A stretch of DNA of 63,732 nt, counting the filler, from a bacterium (GTDB taxonomy: Bacteria; JAMOTN01), in the NCBI GenBank assembly GCA_027062325.1. It is 3 parts of 3 records of this genome, joined end to end, with 100 filler letters (N's around TTAATTAATTAA, not from the genome) between each part and the next. Parts side by side here need not be neighbours in the genome. Positions count along the whole stretch, not along the records: positions 1 to 27,002 come from JAMOTN010000055.1; 2 more parts are not named here. One strand, written 5' to 3'. Below the pieces are notes generated by a model. It was given only the letters and a program-made list of their open reading frames with translations, searched no databases and had not been told where the DNA came from. Both the position numbers and the translations under genes were made by a program. Shown piece after piece: positions 18,198 to 27,102 of the stretch (position 1 is its first letter; each line of letters starts with the position of its first letter).

Positions 18198-19399
18198 GTG
18201 TGACAAAGACAGTACGCGTTGATGTTGAACGTCTTGATGAATTGATGAAGTTGATTGGGGAGCTTGTCATCAACAGAACGCGCCTTTCAAAAATTGCCAA
18301 AGATGTGGAAGATGAAAGTGTTGATCGTGACACTTTAAAACGTGAAATGATGATGGCAGCAGGGTATATAGGGCGTATATCAACGGAGTTGCAAGAGCAG
18401 ATAATGAAGATGCGTATGGTTCCAATTTCACAGCTTTTTGGGCGTTTTCCGCGCATTGTACGTGATTTGTCTAAAAAACTGAATAAAAAAGTCCAACTAG
18501 TTATGGAAGGTCAGGAGACAGAGCTTGATAGGAATATTGTTGAAACACTATCTGATCCAATGGTTCACATTATAAGAAATGCTATAGATCATGGAATAGA
18601 ATTGCCAGAAGAACGTGCGATGGCTGGAAAGCCAGAAATTGGAACGATAAAACTTATAGCATATCATGAGGGAAATAATATTGTTGTTATTGTTGAGGAT
18701 GACGGTCGTGGAATAGATCCAGAAAAAATTGCTAAGAAGGCATTGGAAAAAGGATTAGTAACACAGGAAAAATTAGCACGTATGTCAAAGCGTGAGATTT
18801 TGAACTTGATATTTATGCCTGGATTTTCAACTGCGGATAAGGTAACGGATTTGTCCGGACGTGGTGTTGGAATGGATGTTGTGGCTACTGCTGTTGAAAA
18901 GTTAAAAGGAAGTGTGGAAGTTGATAGTAAAATTGGAGAGGGAACACGTATAATAATGAAGTTGCCTCTGACTTTGGCAATACTAGAGGTCTTCTTGTTC
19001 AAAAGTGGTGAGGACATATTTGCGATTCCTCTCAACGTTGTCAACGAGGTCATACCCATAAAGCTTTCGGATATTAGGGAAATTGGAGGAGAAAAGCTAA
19101 TAACTATAAGAGGGGATGTGTACAAGGTAGCAGCACTTCCAGATGTTATGAGCCGTGTTAAATTTGAACCTAAAGATGATAAGGCATATGTGATTATTGT
19201 ATCAATTGCAGAAAAAAGATTTGGAATACTGATAGATGGTCTTGTAGGACAAGATGAGATAGTTGTTAAATCTCTTGGAAATTATTTAGCTGGACTACAA
19301 GGGATTTCTGGTGTTACAATATTAGGAGACGGGCGTGTCATATTGATTATGGATGTGGCAGGATTTTACAGGAAAATGGAAGAGATGCAGGAGGTTTAA
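18194..19399 (+). CDS. cheA: CheA kinase core (P3-P4-P5) lacking P1/P2
   Basis: Starts at TVRVDVERLDELMKLIGELVI. Has HIIRNAIDHGIE, DDGRG, GFSTA, SGRGVGMDVV and LPLTLAI, plus a C-terminal CheW-like P5. Confidence 0.92.
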   Translation: MSVTKTVRVDVERLDELMKLIGELVINRTRLSKIAKDVEDESVDRDTLKREMMMAAGYIGRISTELQEQIMKMRMVPISQLFGRFPRIVRDLSKKLNKKVQLVMEGQETELDRNIVETLSDPMVHIIRNAIDHGIELPEERAMAGKPEIGTIKLIAYHEGNNIVVIVEDDGRGIDPEKIAKKALEKGLVTQEKLARMSKREILNLIFMPGFSTADKVTDLSGRGVGMDVVATAVEKLKGSVEVDSKIGEGTRIIMKLPLTLAILEVFLFKSGEDIFAIPLNVVNEVIPIKLSDIREIGGEKLITIRGDVYKVAALPDVMSRVKFEPKDDKAYVIIVSIAEKRFGILIDGLVGQDEIVVKSLGNYLAGLQGISGVTILGDGRVILIMDVAGFYRKMEEMQEV

Positions 19400-19440
19400 T
19401 ACCCGCCGAACAAAAATTTTCTTGATGGGAGGGATGAAGT

Positions 19441-19710
19441 ATGGCGGAGGTACTTAAAGTGGCAAGCAAATCTGATCCTAAGAAAGTAGCAGGAGCTATT
19501 GCTGCAGTTATTGAAAAGGATAAAGAAGAGGTGGAAATCCATGCAGTAGGTGCGGCTGCTGTTAATCAGGCGATAAAGGCGGTTGCAATTGCACGTGGTT
19601 ATGTTGCTCCAAAAGGGTTTAATTTGATTGCAGTTCCAGCTTTCACTAAGGTGGAGATTAATGGAGAGGAAAAGACAGCGATAAAGTTGATAGTTAGATC
19701 TCAGAAGTAG
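19441..19710 (+). CDS. spoVS: Stage V sporulation protein S family
   Basis: VLKVASKS...VAGAIA...AVGAAAVNQAIKAVAIARG...PAF. Confidence 0.95.
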   Translation: MAEVLKVASKSDPKKVAGAIAAVIEKDKEEVEIHAVGAAAVNQAIKAVAIARGYVAPKGFNLIAVPAFTKVEINGEEKTAIKLIVRSQK

Positions 19711-19756
19711 GTTGCCTTGGATTTAGCTATAAAGGCAGACTTGTTATAGTTGAAGG

Positions 19757-19784
19757 GCCCCCGTGAAACAACGGGGGCTTTTTT
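19757..19784 (+). terminator. Rho-independent terminator
   Basis: GCCCCCGT-GAAACA-ACGGGGGC followed by TTTTTT. Confidence 0.88.
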
Positions 19785-19847
19785 CTTTATAATAGAGTGT
19801 GAAGGAAATCATAAATTAGCCGAGAGTAAATATAGGAGGTGTTTGGT

Positions 19848-20690
19848 ATGAGGAGAATAGGAGCAGTTTTGCTTTTGATGTTTGTGTTTTCTGTTTTTGC
19901 TGGAATGCTTTCTTGGCACTTCAAAGAGGGTATGAAGTTTTTGAAGCAGGCTAAGGCTAAAGAGGACTTATTTGTTCTGCCGGGAATGATAGATGTGACG
20001 AAAAAATACAGAGTTTTTCTTGCAAGAAAAAATTTAGAGCTTGCACTTTATCATCTTTATCAAGCAGGTTTGTTGGCTGAAAAGGCTGGAATGTTAGATA
20101 AGGCAAAGATGTACTATGAACGTGTTGTAAAGTATGGCAAAGTTCGTAAGCACATAGTTATGAAAAATATTTTCGGAAAGGTTGTATTTGATAAGTATGT
20201 AACTGTAAAGGCTGACACTGATTACGTTGAAAGAGCACGTGTTAAACTTGAACACTTTGGTGGAGTGGCCTTTTTGAAAAATTTGAAAACCTTTTACAGA
20301 ACCGCTGTTAAGAGAAATAAAGTTGAAGAGGAGATGAATATTACTCCTACGGACGAACCTTTGTATGCTGAGCTTGCAAAGAAGCGTAAAAAACTTCTTG
20401 CCAGAGAAGAAAAGTATTTGAGGAAAATTGTGAATGCTGTTGTGGAGGATATGAGAAATGATGAATGGAAAAAGTTCAATGCACTTCTCAACTTTGCAGA
20501 TAATTCGTGGAAAGAGCACAACAATTCTGCTGTTTATCTTTACAAAGGATTAAAGGATATTGAGAAAGCTTTTAAGTTCATAATTGCAGATTTGGCAGAG
20601 TCTGGTCAGATTGCCAATAGTATGATATATGAGGGTAAAAAACTCCATCTTAAGAAGGTTATTTTCAAGGTCAAGAGTTGGTTGAAATAA
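19848..20690 (+). CDS. Hypothetical secreted helical (TPR-like) protein
   Basis: Signal peptide ending VFA. TPR-like segment LYQAGLLAEKAGMLDKAKMYYERVV. Confidence 0.7.
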   Translation: MRRIGAVLLLMFVFSVFAGMLSWHFKEGMKFLKQAKAKEDLFVLPGMIDVTKKYRVFLARKNLELALYHLYQAGLLAEKAGMLDKAKMYYERVVKYGKVRKHIVMKNIFGKVVFDKYVTVKADTDYVERARVKLEHFGGVAFLKNLKTFYRTAVKRNKVEEEMNITPTDEPLYAELAKKRKKLLAREEKYLRKIVNAVVEDMRNDEWKKFNALLNFADNSWKEHNNSAVYLYKGLKDIEKAFKFIIADLAESGQIANSMIYEGKKLHLKKVIFKVKSWLK

Positions 20691-20735
20691 GGTGTTTGAA
20701 TAAAATGTAGTGGTTTTCTAGATGTTGAAATACGG

Positions 20736-20772
20736 AAGCGGGGGTGACGCAGGTTGCCCTCGCTTTTATTTT
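20736..20772 (+). terminator. Rho-independent terminator
   Basis: AAGCGGGGGTGAC-GCAG-GTTGCCCTCGCTT followed by a T-rich tail. Confidence 0.75.
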
Positions 20773-20787
20773 GTTTGTTAAGTAAAA

Positions 20788-22146
20788 TTGTTGTGTTGTA
20801 GGTTAAAAAGGTATAGGGGGAAGCTTTGCTTGAGACGATTTAAAAGGACACTTAAAGTTTTGTTTGAAGGAGAAGGGAGCAGCAGGGTTTTAGTTGACAG
20901 TGTAATGACCATCATTATTTTTTTAGTCATAGTTTTATTCAATTTGTTGCCTGATCTTGCTTATTTTATATCAATTACCATATTTGGGTTAGAGTATGTG
21001 TTGCGTTTATGGATAAAGGGGAATAAGTTGAAATACATCTTCAGTTTTGCAGGGGTGGTAGATTTAGTTTGTATTTTTGTACCTGTTTTACCTGGAGAAT
21101 ACACCGAATATGTACTTTTGTTAAAAATTTTCCGTTACAGCAAATTTTCTAAAACTTTTGCAGAAGTTTTTTGGGAGAAATTACCGGAGTTATTGTCTGT
21201 TTTAGCTCTGGCTTTGATACTGGTTGTAGTAATATCGGTAATAGTTTATCATTTTGAAAGTGGAGTTAAGGACACATCTTATCGGAGTTTGTGGGATGCA
21301 ATATGGTGGGGAATAGTTACTCTCACAACTGTTGGTTATGGGGATATGTATCCGCAAACGAATGCGGGCCGTGCTTTTGCAGTGATTGCTATGTTTTTAG
21401 GAATTGGGGTTATATCCATTCCAACAGGTATAATAAGTGCGGGGTTGGTGGAGAAGATCATGGATAAGAAACTTAGAGGAAAGCTTGACTTAGAGGATCA
21501 TGTTGTATTTCTTGGTTACAATGATTCTTTTAATCGAATTTTACAGGAAGAAGAAATACAGGATATGACGGCGGTTGTACTCATTACTAAAAAGGATGTG
21601 AATGTTCCAGCGTGGGTATTGCATTACAAAGAGGATTACTTATCATCTGTTTTATTGGAAAAGTTGAACTTAAACTATGCAAGAGCTGTTGTAGTGTTAT
21701 CAGAGCGTGAAGGTGAAGAAGATAGCGTTGATGCAAAGAGCATGCTGACAGCGATTACTGTGAGAAAAATGGCTCCTGATGTTCACATAGTTCTTGAGCT
21801 TTTGAGGGATGAGAATATAAAAGTGGCAAAGGAGATATTGAGGGGTGTAGATGTAGTTGCTCAATCAAAATTAATAGGAGAAATAACAATCGCTTCTATT
21901 GTCTCTCCCGGTATATCTGATGTTTTCTCTGAGCTGATGAGTATTGGGGGAAGCGATTTAATTTTAATGGGAGCAGAAGAATTAGGGGTTGATGAGCCTG
22001 AACTGTTTGATGAATTTATGGATAGGTTGCATGAAAGGGGGATATTGCCAATAGGTATAAAGAGGGGAGAGGAGGTCATACTAGTTCCTGATAAAGATTT
22101 TCACGTTATTTCTGATGATGAGGTATTTGTAGTAAAAAGAGGTTGA
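20788..22146 (+). CDS. Potassium channel (ion transporter with RCK/TrkA-like C-terminal domain)
   Basis: WWGIVTLTTVGYGD selectivity filter and HVVFLGY...DAKSMLTAITVR RCK segment. True start may be 20830. Confidence 0.9.
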   Translation: MLCCRLKRYRGKLCLRRFKRTLKVLFEGEGSSRVLVDSVMTIIIFLVIVLFNLLPDLAYFISITIFGLEYVLRLWIKGNKLKYIFSFAGVVDLVCIFVPVLPGEYTEYVLLLKIFRYSKFSKTFAEVFWEKLPELLSVLALALILVVVISVIVYHFESGVKDTSYRSLWDAIWWGIVTLTTVGYGDMYPQTNAGRAFAVIAMFLGIGVISIPTGIISAGLVEKIMDKKLRGKLDLEDHVVFLGYNDSFNRILQEEEIQDMTAVVLITKKDVNVPAWVLHYKEDYLSSVLLEKLNLNYARAVVVLSEREGEEDSVDAKSMLTAITVRKMAPDVHIVLELLRDENIKVAKEILRGVDVVAQSKLIGEITIASIVSPGISDVFSELMSIGGSDLILMGAEELGVDEPELFDEFMDRLHERGILPIGIKRGEEVILVPDKDFHVISDDEVFVVKRG

Positions 22147-22217
22147 GGTGAAACATAATCTCTTGTCTTCAGTAAAATAATAATAAAGAAGATGAATATC
22201 TAAGGGGAGTGAGGAGT

Positions 22218-22727
22218 ATGAGGAGAGTAGTAGTGCTTGCGGTGATTTTCATATTTTCATCGCTTTTTGCAGCTTCAAGTGTTACGTTTTTCGATGCAGT
22301 TGGCTACATCGCTGATGATATGGCATCAGATGTTAAAAGTTTTGTTGATAAGGTGCGTGATACGGTTAAGTACCACAATGAATTGAATAGAAAACGTTGG
22401 GAAAATTTTAAGAGAGATGTTAATTACACTGTAAATGGTGTTGTAAACACTTTGAAAAAAGAAGAGGAGCTTTTGAGAAGAAAGGTTGATTCTGTAAAAG
22501 AGTATGTGAGGCAGGTAAGGTACAATGTTGCGCGTAAAATTTGTCCTGAGTGTGTTAGTGGTGCTTACAATGTTCCAAATTCTTCAGCTATTCGCATGGT
22601 CAGGAGAGTTAAGACTGTTAGAGTGATGAGTAATTTTAATAAGAGAAGGTATTTTTCACGTGGGAGGATGGCTGTAAAAAGTGATATAAATTTTAACCGT
22701 TACATAAGAAGAGGAAGAACTAGATAA
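22218..22727 (+). CDS. Hypothetical secreted protein with Arg-rich C-terminus
   Basis: Signal peptide ending LFA, a CPEC motif, and a downstream terminator. Confidence 0.7.
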   Translation: MRRVVVLAVIFIFSSLFAASSVTFFDAVGYIADDMASDVKSFVDKVRDTVKYHNELNRKRWENFKRDVNYTVNGVVNTLKKEEELLRRKVDSVKEYVRQVRYNVARKICPECVSGAYNVPNSSAIRMVRRVKTVRVMSNFNKRRYFSRGRMAVKSDINFNRYIRRGRTR

Positions 22728-22764
22728 TTGTATAGTATAAAATTTGTTCAATGCAAAGTGATTA

Positions 22765-22792
22765 GCGGGGCTTATTTTAGCCCCGTTTTTTT
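22765..22792 (+). terminator. Rho-independent terminator
   Basis: GCGGGGCT-TATTTT-AGCCCCGT followed by TTTTTT. Confidence 0.85.
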
Positions 22793-22841
22793 ATTATCAT
22801 ATTTGTGTGTTTTGAGATTTGAAAAATTGGGAGGGATTGAC

Positions 22842-24326
22842 GTGTCGTTTAATTTACCTGAGGGTTGGGAAGCAGTAATTGGATTGGAAATACATATTCA
22901 GGTAAAGACTAGCACTAAGGCTTTTTGTAGTTGTAGCTCTGATTATTTTGGAAAAGAACCAAATACGAATGTGTGTCCTATCTGCCTTGGCCATCCTGGA
23001 ACTTTGCCTGTGCCAAATGTGGAGCATTTGAGGAAAGCCATAGCTTTTGCTAGAGCTGTTGGATGTTCTATTCGTAGAACTGTGAAATTTGATAGAAAGA
23101 ACTACTTTTATCCTGATTTACCAAAGGGGTATCAGATTACTCAGTACGATGAACCAATAGGGTATGAGGGTGAGATAAAACTAGTTAGTGGGAAGAAGAT
23201 AAGGGTAAAACGCGTCCACATGGAGGAGGATACCGGGAAAATTGTCTATGCAGGTGGAGATAGAATGGCAGACTCTGATGCTGCTTTGATAGACTACAAC
23301 AGAGCTGGTATTCCACTCATAGAGGTTGTTTCAGAAGCCGATATGAGAACTCCTGAAGAGGCTGTTTGGTATGCCAGACAGATTCAATATACGGCTCGTG
23401 TTTTGGGAGTTTCAGATGCTGATATGGAAAAGGGCTCAATGAGAGTGGATGTGAACGTTTCGGTTCGAAAAGTTGGGGAAAGTGGTTTCAGGACAAAAAC
23501 TGAGATAAAGAATCTCAACTCATTTAGAAGTTTGAGAGAGGCTCTTGAGTATGAGATAAAGAGGCAGATAGATGTTTGGGAAAGTAAAGAAAGAGTTGAG
23601 AATGTCACAATGTTATGGGATGAGAAAAAACGAGTTACTAGGCCTATGAGAGGAAAAGAAGGGGAGGCTGATTACAGATATTTTCCAGAACCAGACATTC
23701 TCCGGTTAGATGTTCCGGAAGAGATTATGAGGTCTGTAGGGGAAATTTTGAGTAATTTTAAATCGCCTTTTGAGGTGTGGAATGAGTTTTCTAAGATTGG
23801 TCTGGCTGAGAAAGAGAGGATTTTTTTAATAGAAAATCCAGAAGTTGTTGAGTTTATTCACCAAGTTTATGAGGAGTTTGGTGATGGTTTTGAAAAAAAC
23901 AGGAAAAAGATAGTTTCTGCAGTCTTAAATTACGCGGTTCCTAAAGGTTTTGTGGCAGAAAGTACACATTTGGCATGCAGCTTTGCTGCTGCACTAAAGT
24001 TGTGGTTTTCTAAGAAAGTGGAAAAGGAAGGTTTTTCAAAGTTGCTTGATTTATTAAAGAAGGAAAAAGGAGAAGTAGATGTTGATAGAGCTGAAAAGAT
24101 AGCTACTGAGAAAGGGTTGATTATTTCTTCTGATGTTGATGAAGGTGAACTTATCAAAGAGATCGAGAAGATTGTTAACTCTTTTCCTGATAAGCTAGAA
24201 GCGTATAAATCTGGTAAAAAGCAGTTGTTTGGTTTCTTCATGGGGCAGGTTATGCAAAAGTTTAGGGGGAAAGTGCCGGGGAGCGAAGTGCAGAAGCTTT
24301 TGAGGCAAGTTTTGGATGGTAGGTAA
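22842..24326 (+). CDS. gatB: Asp/Glu-tRNA amidotransferase subunit B
   Basis: VIGLEIH, FDRKNYFYPDLPKGYQITQ, EIKNLNSF and DYRYFPEPD. GTG start at 22842 follows GGAGGG; the track start overlaps a terminator. Confidence 0.96.
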   Translation: MSFNLPEGWEAVIGLEIHIQVKTSTKAFCSCSSDYFGKEPNTNVCPICLGHPGTLPVPNVEHLRKAIAFARAVGCSIRRTVKFDRKNYFYPDLPKGYQITQYDEPIGYEGEIKLVSGKKIRVKRVHMEEDTGKIVYAGGDRMADSDAALIDYNRAGIPLIEVVSEADMRTPEEAVWYARQIQYTARVLGVSDADMEKGSMRVDVNVSVRKVGESGFRTKTEIKNLNSFRSLREALEYEIKRQIDVWESKERVENVTMLWDEKKRVTRPMRGKEGEADYRYFPEPDILRLDVPEEIMRSVGEILSNFKSPFEVWNEFSKIGLAEKERIFLIENPEVVEFIHQVYEEFGDGFEKNRKKIVSAVLNYAVPKGFVAESTHLACSFAAALKLWFSKKVEKEGFSKLLDLLKKEKGEVDVDRAEKIATEKGLIISSDVDEGELIKEIEKIVNSFPDKLEAYKSGKKQLFGFFMGQVMQKFRGKVPGSEVQKLLRQVLDGR

Positions 24327-24435
24327 CTTTTATTAGCGATGAGAAGCTCAGAAGGATTGAAACATGAGTTCTTTTTTGGCAATATAAAGAGTGTTGTTGT
24401 TTTAAGGTTATTATTTTAGGAGAGGAGGGATTAAG

Positions 24436-24879
24436 ATGTCAGGAGAAGTATGGGCTTTATTAGCGTCTCTTTGTTGGGGAATTGGAGGTTTCTTTGAAAA
24501 GAAAGGTATGCACATGGGAAACATTCCGCCTGAGATTGGAATTACAATAAGAACGGCTGTTGCTCTTGGTTTGCTGTTTTTGTTCAGCTTATTCTTCTCA
24601 AATTGGGGAGCTGTAGCTTCTGCTCCTAAAAAAGCCTTGCTTACACTTGTTTTAGGTGGAGGAGTCGTTGGAGGAACTTTGGGAATGCTTTTCTTCTACA
24701 AGGCAATCAAGGCTGGAACCCTTGGAGTAATGATGGCTATTGCTTTTTCTTCGCCAATTTGGGGTGCAATAATGGGAGTTATATTTATGGGGGATAAAAT
24801 GCTGTGGCAGCAGTGGTTAGGGCTTGCAATGGTAATTGGTGGAGTGGCGTTGTTGATGTTGTTCAAAGGGCACCATTAA
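24436..24879 (+). CDS. EamA/DMT family transporter (single repeat)
   Basis: About 5 TM helices with WALLASLCWG and FFYKAIK motifs. Confidence 0.85.
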   Translation: MSGEVWALLASLCWGIGGFFEKKGMHMGNIPPEIGITIRTAVALGLLFLFSLFFSNWGAVASAPKKALLTLVLGGGVVGGTLGMLFFYKAIKAGTLGVMMAIAFSSPIWGAIMGVIFMGDKMLWQQWLGLAMVIGGVALLMLFKGHH

Positions 24880-24903
24880 GGAGATTATCCGATATGGGTG
24901 TCG

Positions 24904-24931
24904 AGGGGCGGGCCATTTGGTCCGCCCTTTT
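24904..24931 (+). terminator. Rho-independent terminator
   Basis: GGGCGGGCC-ATTT-GGTCCGCCC followed by TTTT. Confidence 0.8.
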
Positions 24932-24964
24932 GTATTTTGTTTTGAATTGTGGGAGTGGAGTTAA

Positions 24965-26437
24965 ATGAAAAAAATTGCTCACGTGGAGTTGCCTGTGAAG
25001 TTAGAAAGTTTGAGGGTGAGTGTTTATTTCATTAGGGTTTTGCTTGAAACTTTGGATTTGCCAGAGGATATAGTAATGGCTTTAGAGGTTGCTGCAGAAG
25101 AAGTTATAAGTAATGTGATTGAACACTCTGGTCTTACGGAGGAGGATTTTTTTGAACTTGATGTTTGGAATAGAGCAGGAGCAATAGAAGTAGTTATAAG
25201 AGAAAAAGGAGTCCCGGTGAGTTTGGATGAGGAGTTAGAACGAGTTTTTGATAAAACTGCCGAAGATTTTGTGGAAAATCCTGAAGAAAAGGGATTGGGA
25301 TTTTACATTTTAAACAGATTGGTTGATGAAGTCGAGTTTCACTACGAGGCTAGACGTGGAAAGGTCATAAAACTTGTTAAAAGATTGCCCTATGATTCAA
25401 TTTTGAGTGAGAAGAGGAGAGAATATGATTTTGAGGTTGACTTCTCTTTGTTGAAGAGTGGTTTTTTAGGTCCGGATGATGCCTTGTTGATTTCTCAGTG
25501 TATATGGCACGTCTATGGATACAGCTACTTATGGGATGTGGTGTATTATCCTCAAAAACTTGCAAAGTACATAGAGAGTGGAGATATTATTCCTTATGGT
25601 TACTGGTATGAGCTGGAAGGAGAAAAGAGATTGGTGGCTCACTGTGCTTTGGAGAATCCTGGTGATTGGTTCACAGATGTTGAGATAGGTATGGCAGTTG
25701 TAGTTAAAAATGTAAGAAAAAAGGGGCTTTTGAAAGTTATGACGGATAAGCTCATAGAATTTGCAAAGAATAAATTACGAAAAAAGGCAGTTTTTGTCCA
25801 AGCAGTGGCAAATCATCCTGTTTCTCAGAGAGTTGCTTTGAAAAATGGTTTTGTACCTACTGCTTTTTTGCTTTCATTTTTACCGGCGGGAATGAACTTT
25901 GATGGTTCTGGTCTAAACAAGAGGGGAGCTGTGGTTGTATTTTACAAAGTTTTTGAAAGAGATAAAAAAGTTTTATTTGTTCCTTTCAAGTATGCTGATT
26001 TTGTAGAAGGAATTTATAAAAGCTTGAAGTTGGAAATTAACATAATTTATCCAGAGTTGAGTTGGGATGAAGCAAAAGTTGCAAGTGAAGTGAAGACTTT
26101 ATGGAGAGAAGATCAAAAATCTGGCTATGTTTTTATAAAAAGAGCGGGTTTTGATCTTGTCAGGATACTTGAAGAAAGAATAAGAAGTTTTAAAGCAAAG
26201 GGAGCGGCAAGTTGCTATGTGGATGTATGTTTAGAAGATGAAAAAACGGCTTCTTTTGTTGATTGGTTATTGTTAGACGGTTTTACTGTTGCAGGAATTT
26301 TACCAGAGCATATTGAGGGAGAAGATTACTTGAGAATGCAGTGGATAGATAAAGATAATTCTGAAACCAAAGAATTTGAGCTTGTAGATGAGGTTTCAGG
26401 ATTGGTTAAATATGTTTTATCAGAGGTTGGATTTTAA
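24965..26437 (+). CDS. RsbW-like HATPase domain fused to GNAT acetyltransferase-like domain(s)
   Basis: AAEEVISNVIEH and GLGFYILNRLVDEV, then EIGMAVVVKNVRKKGL (GNAT motif A-like) and NHPVSQ. Confidence 0.8.
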   Translation: MKKIAHVELPVKLESLRVSVYFIRVLLETLDLPEDIVMALEVAAEEVISNVIEHSGLTEEDFFELDVWNRAGAIEVVIREKGVPVSLDEELERVFDKTAEDFVENPEEKGLGFYILNRLVDEVEFHYEARRGKVIKLVKRLPYDSILSEKRREYDFEVDFSLLKSGFLGPDDALLISQCIWHVYGYSYLWDVVYYPQKLAKYIESGDIIPYGYWYELEGEKRLVAHCALENPGDWFTDVEIGMAVVVKNVRKKGLLKVMTDKLIEFAKNKLRKKAVFVQAVANHPVSQRVALKNGFVPTAFLLSFLPAGMNFDGSGLNKRGAVVVFYKVFERDKKVLFVPFKYADFVEGIYKSLKLEINIIYPELSWDEAKVASEVKTLWREDQKSGYVFIKRAGFDLVRILEERIRSFKAKGAASCYVDVCLEDEKTASFVDWLLLDGFTVAGILPEHIEGEDYLRMQWIDKDNSETKEFELVDEVSGLVKYVLSEVGF

Positions 26438-26486
26438 AAATGGTCAAAAATTACCCAATTTTTTTCTAAAAAAAAGCTTTTTTTAC

Positions 26487-26515
26487 TTGAAAAGTAAAAA
26501 ATATATCTTTATAAT
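26487..26515 (+). promoter_or_regulatory. Sigma70-type promoter for the OsmC-family gene
   Basis: TTGAAA-17 nt-TATAAT. Confidence 0.65.
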
Positions 26516-26595
26516 ATGCAAAATGAAGTTGAGTAATCAGTTAATAATGCTAACTTTTATTGAAGGCACAACTTTTTTTATGGAGGTGGAATGGT

Positions 26596-27002
26596 ATGAC
26601 TAAGCTTGAAGCAAAGGTCGTTATGGAAGAAGGAAAGATGGGGGGAGTAGCGACTGTGAGAGGTCATGAAGTTAAATTCGATCAGCCACCGACATGGGGT
26701 GGAGAAGACACAGCCGCAACACCGATGGAACTTGTGTTGTCAGCACTCGGAGCATGTATTGCCACAGTTGCTAAGCTTATAACTCAGAAACACATGCAGA
26801 AAAATCCTAAAATAACTGTTGAGCTTGAGGGGATTGAGCAGGAGAAACCTCCTGTTGTGTTTACAGATATTACAGCCAAAATACATGTAGAGGGACTGGA
26901 CTTGGATACGGCTAAAAGAATAGTTGCGAAGGCTGAGGAAATTTGTCCGGTTGGTGCAATGTTGAAGAAGGCTGTACCTAATTTCAAAGTAGAGGTTGTA
27001 TA
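26596..27002 (+). CDS. OsmC/Ohr family protein (stop codon cut by the gap)
   Basis: DQPPTWGGEDTAATPMELVLSALGAC and ICPV. Ends with TA before the Ns. Confidence 0.9.
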
Positions 27003-27102
27003 NNNNNNNNNNNNNNNNNNNNNNNNNNNNNNNNNNNNNNNNNNNNTTAATTAATTAANNNNNNNNNNNNNNNNNNNNNNNNNNNNNNNNNNNNNNNNNN
27101 NN
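27003..27102. other. Artificial contig-join spacer
   Basis: N44-TTAATTAATTAA-N44, with stops in all six frames. Confidence 0.97.

Noticed and set aside
19441-19710. spoVS as evidence of sporulation
   Set aside because: SpoVS also occurs in non-sporulating lineages, and no other sporulation genes are present.
27003-27102. TTAATTAATTAA palindrome flanked by Ns (also at 39418-39517)
   Set aside because: Identical 100-nt artificial spacer with six-frame stops. It is an assembly join, so ORF-track ends at 27054, 39465 and 39466 are artefacts.
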